Part shown: one piece after another, positions 28,934 to 36,665 of the stretch
Layout of the letters: the number at the start of each line of letters is the position of its first letter
How positions within the stretch are numbered: position 1 is the first letter of the stretch
Assembly (NCBI GenBank): GCA_046726415.1
Contig: JBKPAK010000226.1
Location: forward strand, 1 to 37,894
Direction: 5' to 3'
DNA: 37,894 nt
DNA from: Candidatus Methylomirabilota bacterium
Lineage (GTDB): Bacteria; Methylomirabilota; Methylomirabilia; Rokubacteriales; CSP1-6
Notes under the pieces: generated by a model
Told to the model about the DNA's origin: nothing
Database searches by the model: none
What the model saw: only the letters and a program-made list of their open reading frames with translations
Translations under genes and position numbers: made by a program

Positions 28934-29162
28934 CGGGGCAGCGAGGAGCCACGCGCGCCGATCTGCACGCGTCGTGTCCTTCAAGCTTGCGACGCGATCA
29001 ACCCGATGGGACAAGTGGACGGGAACAGCCTCGTCGGAAGGCAACGCCGAGGGCGGCTGCTGCTTGGGCGAGCAGTCGACCGGAGGTCGCCCGGGGGTTG
29101 GGCGCCCCTTCGAGGCATTCGTTGTCGATTTACAATTCGGGGCAGACGCCAGGAGGGAAACG

Positions 29163-29957
29163 ATGACCGTGATGCAGGTGCATGCGCCGAAGGATGTCGA
29201 AGCGCGAGTGCTCGAGGCGATCGGACGGGCCATGGGCCGCTTCTCGATGCTCCGTGCGGGCGACCGCGTGGCGGTAGGGGTCTCCGGAGGCAAAGACAGC
29301 CTCTGCCTGCTGCACGCGCTGACCGCCTACCGCAAGCGAGCCCCCTTCGCCTTCGACCTCCTGGCGGTCACCGTCGAGCAAGGCAAGTTCACGGCCCCCG
29401 TTCGCACCTTGGAGGCACAGATCAGGCGCATCGGCGTGGAGTGGGTGCTCCGCGACGAGGCGGCCACCTTACGCCTGGTCCGCGACGGCGTGGCGCACGG
29501 CTGCGATGTGTGCAGCCGTCACCGCCGCCGCGCGCTCTACCAGCTTGCCGACGAGCAAGGCTGCTCGGTGCTCGCGCTTGGCCACACCGCCGACGACTGT
29601 GCAGAGTCGCTCTTGCGCAACATCCTCTTCAACGGACGCATCGCGTCCCTGCCACCCGTCGCCGCGTCCCGCAAGGGGACCCTGCGTCTCATTCGCCCGC
29701 TCGTCTTCGCGAGCGAGGCGCTGACCCTCGCCTACGTCCGGTCGTGCGGCCTGGTGCCTGTCGGCTGCGTGTGCGGCGAGAAGGAGAGCATCAGGCGCGA
29801 GATTCGGTCGCTTCTGGATGAGCTGCGGCGGCGCCACCCGGACGTGGCGGAGTCGATTACCGCGGCGTTGGGCAACGTCAACCCGTACACGCTTTTCGAT
29901 CTCAAGCTCTCCAAGGAGGGTGCCGACGCGACGCCCGCCTTGGCGCTCGACGGCTGA
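29163..29957 (+). CDS. ttcA: tRNA 2-thiocytidine biosynthesis TtcA family protein
   Basis: PP-loop SGGKDS, CDVC, LGHTADD, LIRPL, CVC; SD AGGAGG. Confidence 0.8.
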   Translation: MTVMQVHAPKDVEARVLEAIGRAMGRFSMLRAGDRVAVGVSGGKDSLCLLHALTAYRKRAPFAFDLLAVTVEQGKFTAPVRTLEAQIRRIGVEWVLRDEAATLRLVRDGVAHGCDVCSRHRRRALYQLADEQGCSVLALGHTADDCAESLLRNILFNGRIASLPPVAASRKGTLRLIRPLVFASEALTLAYVRSCGLVPVGCVCGEKESIRREIRSLLDELRRRHPDVAESITAALGNVNPYTLFDLKLSKEGADATPALALDG

Positions 29958-30541
29958 GTCTCGTCCAGAGCCAGGATCTCCTCGGCCACCGCGATCATCG
30001 GGCGCCGGCTGTTCATGGCGGCCGTCCGGATTCGCCGGAACGCCTCCGCCTCGCCGAGCCGTTCGCGCTCCATGAGACGGCCCTTGGCACGCTCGATCAC
30101 CTTCCGGTCTTCGAGAGCGCGCCGCAACCGTCGCACCTCCTGGAAGCGGGCCACCGCGAGATCGAGAGTGGGCGCGAGCTGTCCGCGGCGCAACGGCTTG
30201 AGGAGGAACGCCATCACTCCGGCTCTGAGGGCGCGGGCCATCAGAGCGGGGCTGGCCTGGCGAGCAAAAAGCACGACAGGGCAGCCCACCGTGGCGGTGG
30301 CCTGCGCGGCCATGGCCATGGTGTCCCCGTCGGGAAGCTGCGCGGACACGATGGCGACATCCGGCTTGCTCTCTCGCAGCAACGCAAGAGCGCCCTCGCA
30401 GTGAGTGCCCTCTGCCGCCGTTCGACCGCCCGCGCTGAGGATTTCGTCTCCGAGCGTGGCGCGGGAGCGGTCGTCGTCGTCCAGGACGGCCACTCGCCAG
30501 CGCGGTGCTGTCATCCTGTGAGTGTTCGGGTTGGCATCCAT
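29732..30541 (-). CDS. nasT: ANTAR-domain antiterminator with pseudo-receiver domain (NasT-like); start may be 30514
   Basis: Receiver fold (VAVLDDD, PDVAIVS, FLLKP) followed by ANTAR motif LEDRKVIERAKGRLM...EAEAFRRIRTAAMNSRRPM. Confidence 0.8.
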   Translation of the reverse strand: MDANPNTHRMTAPRWRVAVLDDDDRSRATLGDEILSAGGRTAAEGTHCEGALALLRESKPDVAIVSAQLPDGDTMAMAAQATATVGCPVVLFARQASPALMARALRAGVMAFLLKPLRRGQLAPTLDLAVARFQEVRRLRRALEDRKVIERAKGRLMERERLGEAEAFRRIRTAAMNSRRPMIAVAEEILALDETQPSSAKAGVASAPSLESLRSKSVYGLTLPNAAVIDSATSGWRRRSSSRSDRISRLMLSFSPHTQPTGTRPHDRT

Positions 30542-30688
30542 GCCGTCCACGATCGACCGCGGCGCGCGCCGCGTCAAATCACAAGTCTGCGACACCGCCG
30601 CGATGGCAACCTCGGTGGCGTAAACAGACGTGCCCCTCCCCACCGTCTAACCGGGCACAGGCAGACTCATAGCTGGGAGGCACACATT

Positions 30689-31138
30689 ATGGTCAAGACC
30701 GTGACAAGCTGGGGCCTCGCCCTCGCCCTGGGCGGCGCCCTGATTCTCAGTACAACCGGTCACGCCGCCGCTGCTGGCGACGGCTGGTTCGAGCGACTTC
30801 AGACCCGGTTGCAGCTCAGCGACGATCAAGCCAAGGCGATCCAGGGAATCTTTCTCCGCGATGCGCTGACACAGCGCCAGCTCTTCCATACCTTGCGACA
30901 GAGTCAGGCGACCTTGCGCCAGCTCGCTCTGCACGGCGCCGATGAGGCAACGCTCCAGCAGAAGATGGCGGAGATCGAGGGATTGATGGCGCAGACCCTC
31001 CAGCTCCGGGTGAAGAGGCTGCAGGAGATTTCCCCGATGCTCACTCCCGAACAGCGTGAACGGTTCGCGCAGCTCAGGCCGCACGGGCCTCGGATGCGAG
31101 GGGCGCCCGGCAGGGCCGCTCCCGGCACTTCGTCCTAG
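30689..31138 (+). CDS. Spy/CpxP (periplasmic metal-sensor-like) family protein
   Basis: Signal peptide, LQLSDDQ and MLTPEQR (LTxxQ) motifs; SD GGGAGG. Confidence 0.8.
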   Translation: MVKTVTSWGLALALGGALILSTTGHAAAAGDGWFERLQTRLQLSDDQAKAIQGIFLRDALTQRQLFHTLRQSQATLRQLALHGADEATLQQKMAEIEGLMAQTLQLRVKRLQEISPMLTPEQRERFAQLRPHGPRMRGAPGRAAPGTSS

Positions 31139-31182
31139 TCTTCACCTTCCGCAGGTGCGCCCGCTCCCCAGGGCCTGCGGGG

Positions 31183-31215
31183 CGGCCGAGGGTCTCTGAA
31201 CGAGACCCTCGGCCG
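31183..31215. repeat. Perfect 14-bp inverted repeat (intergenic hairpin)
   Basis: CGGCCGAGGGTCTC-TGAAC-GAGACCCTCGGCCG. Confidence 0.85.
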
Positions 31216-31277
31216 AGTTCTCTCCGTGCGCCAGGCGTACGCTACCCTGAAGGCCATCGACCCAGGAGGAGTGACGA

Positions 31278-32774
31278 ATGGCGTCGCGATTCGCCGGCAC
31301 GGTCAATGCGCCGGATTTCCCGCCCGATCTGGACTGGCTGAACGCAGCACGGCCGCTGAGCCTGCGCGACCTGCGCGGCAAGCTGGTGCTGCTCGAGTTC
31401 TGGACCTTCTGCTGAATTAACTGCATTCACAACCTTCCGCGGTTGCGGAGGCTCGAGCGGAAGTGGAGCCGGGAGCTGGCCGTGATAGGAGTGCACTCGC
31501 CCAAGTTCATCGGCGAGCGCCTCACGGAGAGCGTGCAGCAGGCCATCCAGCGCTTGAACGTCGGCCACCCGGTGGTCAACGATTGCGACTTCCGCGTCTG
31601 GAAGGCGTACGCCGCCCGCGCCTGGCCCACGCTGATGTTCATCGATCCCCAGGGCAAGGTCATCGGCAAGCACGAGGGCGAGTTCCCCCTGGAGCCCTTC
31701 GACCAGCTCATCGCTGAGATGGTCGCGGAATTCGACGCCAGCGCTCTGCTCGATCGAAGGCCGCTCGACCTCAGCGCCGACTGTCCGGTGGGAGTGACCC
31801 CGCTGCTGTTTCCGGGAAAGCTCATCGCCGACGAGGCCACCGGCCACCTTATCATCAGCGACACGGGCCACCATCGGCTGATCGTGGCCGACCTGAACGG
31901 ACAGGTGCGGCAGGTCGTCGGCAGCGGCGCCCAGGGCTTCGACGATGGACCGGCTGAAGTCGCGACGTTCTCGCACCCGCAAGGACTGGCCCTCGACGGC
32001 GCCACGCTCTACGTGGCCGACACCGAAAATCACGCGTTGCGCGCCGTGGATCTCACCGCCGGCACCGTCCTCACCGTGGCAGGGACGGGCGAGCAGCTCA
32101 TGGGGCCGCGGGTCGGTGGGCCTGCGATACAGACGGCTCTCAGCTCGCCCTGGGATCTCGCCCTCCTGGATGGGACGCTCTACGTGGCCATGGCCGGGAC
32201 CCATCAGCTCTGGTCGATGGAGTTGGGCAGCGGATTCGTCGTGCCCCATACGGGAACGGGGCGCGAGGATCTCGTCGACGGTCCTCTGGGCGAGGCCTCG
32301 ATGAATCAGCCGAGCGGTCTGGCCACCGACGGAATGCGGCTCTACGTGGCGGACAGCGAGGCGAGCGCCATTCGCGTGGTGGAGCCAAGAACGGGCGGCA
32401 CCATCCGCACCATTGTCGGCGAGGGGCTCTTCGAGTTCGGCGACCGTGACGGGCGCGGCCCCGCCGAGGTGCGACTTCAGCACCCGGTCGGGGTCACGTG
32501 GCACGACGGCGTGGTGCACGTGGCGGACACGTACAACCACAAGATCAAGCGCCTCGATCCGGTCACCGCCGAGTGCCGGAGCTGGCTTGGTCGCGGGGAG
32601 CCCGGTCTGGAAGACGGCGATGCCGACGCGATCCGCTTCAGCGAGCCGAGTGGCTTGGCCGTGGCGGCCGGGCGTCTCTACATCGCCGACACCAACAACC
32701 ACGCCGTCCGCGTGGCCGATCTGGCCACAGGTGCGGTGACGACACTCCAGCTCTCAGGACTGCCTCTCCATTGA
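31278..32774 (+). CDS. Thioredoxin-like + NHL-repeat selenoprotein (NHLRC2/SOQ1-like); Sec TGA at 31413-31415 (codon 46)
   Basis: SD AGGAGG and ATG 31278 give [22 protein letters not shown]...[22 protein letters not shown], in frame with ORF 31443..32774 ([13 protein letters not shown], repeated YVADT-N-H NHL blades). Confidence 0.88.
31434..31451 (+). promoter_or_regulatory. Putative bacterial SECIS element of the Trx-NHL gene
   Basis: UGA, 18 nt, then CUUCCGC-GGUU-GCGGAGG (7-bp stem with one G-U pair, GG-starting loop). Confidence 0.75.
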
Positions 32775-32777
32775 ACC

Positions 32778-33101
32778 GTGGTTCCCGACGAGCCCGAATA
32801 CCTCTACCTCACGACCACGGGCCGCTGGACGGGCCGACCGCGCGAGATCGAAATCTGGTTCACCACACGCGATGACCGCTACTACATCGTGGCCGAGCAC
32901 GGGGAGACGTCGAGCTGGGTGCGCAACATCCGGCACGACGCGCGGGTCACGTTTCGGGTCGGTGTCCGGGCGTTCGCGGGCCGCGCCCGTGTGGTCGACG
33001 CGCCGTCAGAGCGCGAGCTGGCCGCCGACGTCCGCCGCCGCTCCGCGCGCAAGTACGGCTGGGGGGACGGCTTGGTGGTCGAGCTGACCAGCGTAGAATA
33101 G
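32778..33101 (+). CDS. Deazaflavin-dependent nitroreductase-like (split beta-barrel) oxidoreductase
   Basis: LTTTGRWTGRPREIEIWF, SSWVRNIRHDARV. Confidence 0.82.
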   Translation: MVPDEPEYLYLTTTGRWTGRPREIEIWFTTRDDRYYIVAEHGETSSWVRNIRHDARVTFRVGVRAFAGRARVVDAPSERELAADVRRRSARKYGWGDGLVVELTSVE

Positions 33102-33120
33102 TCAATACCCGGGGACGGTC

Positions 33121-34248
33121 ATGCCGAGGACATTTCTCGAACCTGCATTCCAGGTGGAGCATCTTTCCATCCTGGATAGCGACGGCAATCTCGACGCCGC
33201 TCTCGAACCAGACATTTCCCCCGCCACCCTGCAGGCGATGTATCGAGCCATGCTGCGGGGCCGGCGGCTCGACGAGCGGATGGTGCGCCTGCAGCGCCAA
33301 GGGCGCATCGGCACCTTCGCGCCCATCAAGGGGCAGGAGGCCTCCCAGATCGGCAGCGTGTTCACCCTGCACCCGGCAGATTGGATGGTGCCGTCGTTCC
33401 GCGAGACGGCGGCCATGCTCCATCGCGGGTGGTCGATCGAGAAGATCCTCAGCTTCTTCGCTGGCTACCTCGAGGGCGGCCAGCCAGCCCCGGAGCAACA
33501 CGATCTTCCCGTGGCCATCCCCGTGGCCACTCAGCTCCCGCACGCCGTCGGCCTCGCCTACGCCGCGCAGTATCGCGGCGACGACGCGGTGGTCATGGCC
33601 TATTTCGGAGACGGCGCCACCTCGGAGGGCGATTTCCACGAGGCCGCCAACTTCGCCGGCGTGTGGCATGTGCCCCTCGTGCTCGTCTGCCAGAACAACC
33701 AGTGGGCGATCTCCGTGCCCCTCAAGAAGCAGACGCACTCGCGCACCATCGCCCAGAAAGCGCTCGCCTACGGCTTCCCCGGAATCCAGGTGGACGGCAA
33801 CGACGTGCTCGCCGTGTATGCGGCCAGTCGCGAGGCCGTCGAGCGCGCCCGCGCCGGCGACGGACCGACCTTGATCGAGTGCGTGACCTACCGCTTGTCC
33901 ATGCACACCACGGCCGACGATCCCACCAAGTATCGGGCCGAGGAAGAAGTGAAGGCGTGGGAGCGCAAGGATCCTCTGGCTCGCTTCGGCGCGTACCTCC
34001 AGAAGCGCAATCTCCTCGAGGAAGGTCTGGACGAGGCGATCGATGCTGAGATCGCTGCCGCCGTGCAGCGCTTCGAGGCCATGCCCGCTCCCGATCCGCT
34101 CACCATGTTCGACCATGCGTACGCGGAGCTGCCCTTCCACCTGACCGAGCAACGCCGCGAAGTGGCCGCGCGCGAGCACCCGGTCACCGATCCGGAGGGC
34201 GCTCACCCTCCGGCCCCGATGCGCGGTCAGCGGCTGACCCGGCGATGA
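33121..34248 (+). CDS. pdhA: Pyruvate/2-oxoacid dehydrogenase E1 alpha
   Basis: LQRQGRIG, GQEA, TPP motif GDGATSEGDF...NN, HTTADDP. Confidence 0.9.
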   Translation: MPRTFLEPAFQVEHLSILDSDGNLDAALEPDISPATLQAMYRAMLRGRRLDERMVRLQRQGRIGTFAPIKGQEASQIGSVFTLHPADWMVPSFRETAAMLHRGWSIEKILSFFAGYLEGGQPAPEQHDLPVAIPVATQLPHAVGLAYAAQYRGDDAVVMAYFGDGATSEGDFHEAANFAGVWHVPLVLVCQNNQWAISVPLKKQTHSRTIAQKALAYGFPGIQVDGNDVLAVYAASREAVERARAGDGPTLIECVTYRLSMHTTADDPTKYRAEEEVKAWERKDPLARFGAYLQKRNLLEEGLDEAIDAEIAAAVQRFEAMPAPDPLTMFDHAYAELPFHLTEQRREVAAREHPVTDPEGAHPPAPMRGQRLTRR

Positions 34249-34279
34249 TCGGCGCTCTCCCCATCGCCCACTGACCTCC

Positions 34280-35260
34280 ATGGCCAGGCTCAACATGGTC
34301 AAGGCCTTGAACCTGGCGTTGATGCAGGAGATGGAACGCGACCGCGACATCGTGATCATCGGGGAGGATGTCGGCGTCGACGGCGGCGTCTTCCGGGTCA
34401 CTGACGATTTGCAGCGGACGTTCGGGAGCCAGCGCGTCATCGACAGCCCGCTGGCGGAAGCCGCCATCGTGGGCGCCTCGGTGGGCATGGCCCTCTATGG
34501 CCTCAAGCCCATCTGCGAGATCCAGTTTTCCGGCTTCGCCTTCCAGTGCTTTCACCAGATTGAGAACCACGCCGCGCGCTATCGCATGCGCACCCAGGGG
34601 CGCTTCCACTGCGCCATGGTCGTCCGCATGCCATACGGAGGTGGCGTGCGCGCCCTCGAGCACCATTCGGAGTCCGAGGAACAGTTTTACGCGCACATCC
34701 CCGGGCTCAAGATGGTGATCCCCTCGGGGCCGAGAGTCGCTCGGGCGCTGCTCGTCTCCGCCATGCGCGACCCTGATCCCGTCATCTTCTTCGAGGCCAA
34801 GGCCCTCTATCACGCCGCCCGCGAGGACGTGCCGGATGAGGTGGAGTCGCTGCCGCTCGGCCAGGCGCAGTTGGTGCGCGAGGGACATGACCTCACGCTC
34901 ATCGCCTACGGCGCGATGCTGCGGGTGGCGCGGGAGGTCGCGGAGACGCTGAGGAAGGACGATGGCGTGGAGGCCGAGATCATCGATCTCCTCACCATTT
35001 CGCCACTCGACCGCGAGACGATTGGCGCCTCTGTCAGCAAGACGGGGCGGGCCGTCATCATCCACGAGGCGCCGCGGAGCTTTGGGCCCGGGGCGGAAAT
35101 CGCGGCGAGCATCATGGAGCGCTGCTTCCTGTCCCTGGAGGCGCCCATCAAGAGGGTGACGGCCTACGACGTGCCCTTCGTGGGCTTCGCGCGCGAGCGG
35201 GCCAATGTGCCGGACGTGCCCCGCGCCCTCGCGGCCGCCCGTGAGACGCTGGCCTTCTGA
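34280..35260 (+). CDS. pdhB: Pyruvate/2-oxoacid dehydrogenase E1 beta
   Basis: GEDVGVDGGVFR, DSPLAE, EIQF, ALEHHSES, DPVIFFE. Confidence 0.9.
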   Translation: MARLNMVKALNLALMQEMERDRDIVIIGEDVGVDGGVFRVTDDLQRTFGSQRVIDSPLAEAAIVGASVGMALYGLKPICEIQFSGFAFQCFHQIENHAARYRMRTQGRFHCAMVVRMPYGGGVRALEHHSESEEQFYAHIPGLKMVIPSGPRVARALLVSAMRDPDPVIFFEAKALYHAAREDVPDEVESLPLGQAQLVREGHDLTLIAYGAMLRVAREVAETLRKDDGVEAEIIDLLTISPLDRETIGASVSKTGRAVIIHEAPRSFGPGAEIAASIMERCFLSLEAPIKRVTAYDVPFVGFARERANVPDVPRALAAARETLAF

Positions 35261-36582
35261 TGCCGCGCCCATTCGCCCTGCCCGACCTCGGTGAGGGACT
35301 CGCCGAGGCCGAGATCGTCAAGGTGCTGGTGAAGGAGGGCGACGTCATCCGCGAGGATGCGCCCCTGCTCGAGGTGGAGACAGACAAGGCGCAGGTGGAG
35401 ATCCCCTCGCCGCTCAGCGGGCGCGTGCTCAAGATCCACGTCCAGCCGCATCAGACGGTGCGGGTCGGAGAAGTCCTGGTGACCTTCGCCGATGCCGCCG
35501 ACACGCCGGCATCCTCCCCAGCGCTCGCGATCCCACCCGCCGCGCGCCCGGCGTCCGAGGGACGCGATGGCGGCGTCCAGGCCGTGGAGCGAGCGCCGCG
35601 CCGGACCGGGCCCGTGCCAGCCACACCGGCCACCCGCCGGTTGGCCCGCGAGCTCGGGGTCGACCTGCGCGAGGTTCAGGGATCGGGGCCGGGTGGGCGC
35701 GTCATGGACGATGATGTGCGGAGCGCGGCGAGCCTACGCACCGAGGAGCGCCACCCGCCGGACCCCGCCCCTGCCCCGATCCTCACGGCCGTCTCGGGAA
35801 GGGCCGAGCCGTCGATGCCGCCGCGGCCGCTTACCCCGGCCGGCCTCGAGCCCCCGCCGCTGCCACGCTTCGAGCAGTGGGGCCCGATCGAGCGCCAGCC
35901 GCTCTCCCACTTGCGCCGCACGATCGCCGAGCGCATGACGCTCGCGGCGACGCTCATCCCGCATGTCACGCACTTCGACCGCGCCGACATCACCGAGCTG
36001 GACGCCATCATCACGCGCAATCTGGAGTCGGCGCGCGCGCGCGGCGTGGCCCTCACCTTGACGAGCTTTCTTCTCAAGGCGGTGGCGTTAGCGTTGCAGG
36101 AGCATCCGCAGTTCAACGCCAGCCTCGACAGTACGGCTGGCGAAGTGATCGTCAAGCGCTACGTTCACCTCGGCGTCGCGGTGGCCACCGAGCGAGGGTT
36201 GATCGTGCCCGTCCTCCGCGACGTCAATCGGAAGCCCTTGCTCGAACTGGCGCGCGAGCTGGGAGCCCTGGCCGCGCGGGTTCGCGAGGGCAAGGCGACG
36301 CTCGACGATCTACGCGGAGGGACGTTCACGATCACGAACATTGGGTCCCTGGGTGGCACCGGGGCCATTCCAATCATCAACTACCCCGAGGTCGCGATTC
36401 TCGGCGTGGCCCGTGGCCGCCTGGAGCCGGTCGTGCGCGAGGGCCAGATCGTTCCGCGCATGCTGTTGCCGCTTTCGCTGACCTTCGACCATCGGGTGGC
36501 CGATGGCGCCGACGGCGCCCGGCTGGCCTCCGCCATCATCCGGCGCCTCGAGCGCCCGGAAGAGCTGCTGCTCGACCTGTGA
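35260..36582 (+). CDS. pdhC: Dihydrolipoamide acyltransferase E2 (single lipoyl domain)
   Basis: Lipoyl site ETDKA, E3-binding ATRRLARELGVDL, catalytic DHRVADG. Confidence 0.92.
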   Translation: MPRPFALPDLGEGLAEAEIVKVLVKEGDVIREDAPLLEVETDKAQVEIPSPLSGRVLKIHVQPHQTVRVGEVLVTFADAADTPASSPALAIPPAARPASEGRDGGVQAVERAPRRTGPVPATPATRRLARELGVDLREVQGSGPGGRVMDDDVRSAASLRTEERHPPDPAPAPILTAVSGRAEPSMPPRPLTPAGLEPPPLPRFEQWGPIERQPLSHLRRTIAERMTLAATLIPHVTHFDRADITELDAIITRNLESARARGVALTLTSFLLKAVALALQEHPQFNASLDSTAGEVIVKRYVHLGVAVATERGLIVPVLRDVNRKPLLELARELGALAARVREGKATLDDLRGGTFTITNIGSLGGTGAIPIINYPEVAILGVARGRLEPVVREGQIVPRMLLPLSLTFDHRVADGADGARLASAIIRRLERPEELLLDL

Positions 36583-36665
36583 GCAACTGATGGCGAAGAT
36601 CTGCCCCCGGACCGGTGAGCGCCCAATGCCGGAGCAATGCGTTCGACAGGCGAGCCTCTAATCCA

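Noticed and set aside
28951-28972. Imperfect palindrome ACGCGTGC-N6-GCGCGCGT as an NtrC-type enhancer
   Set aside because: Poor match to TGCACC-N5-GGTGCA, only about 20 nt from the -24 box, and GC-rich palindromes arise by chance here
31850-32730. Repeated TACGTGGCCGACACC-like DNA segments as a repeat array or CRISPR
   Set aside because: They are the coding repeats of NHL blades (YVADT-N-H), not spaced identical direct repeats
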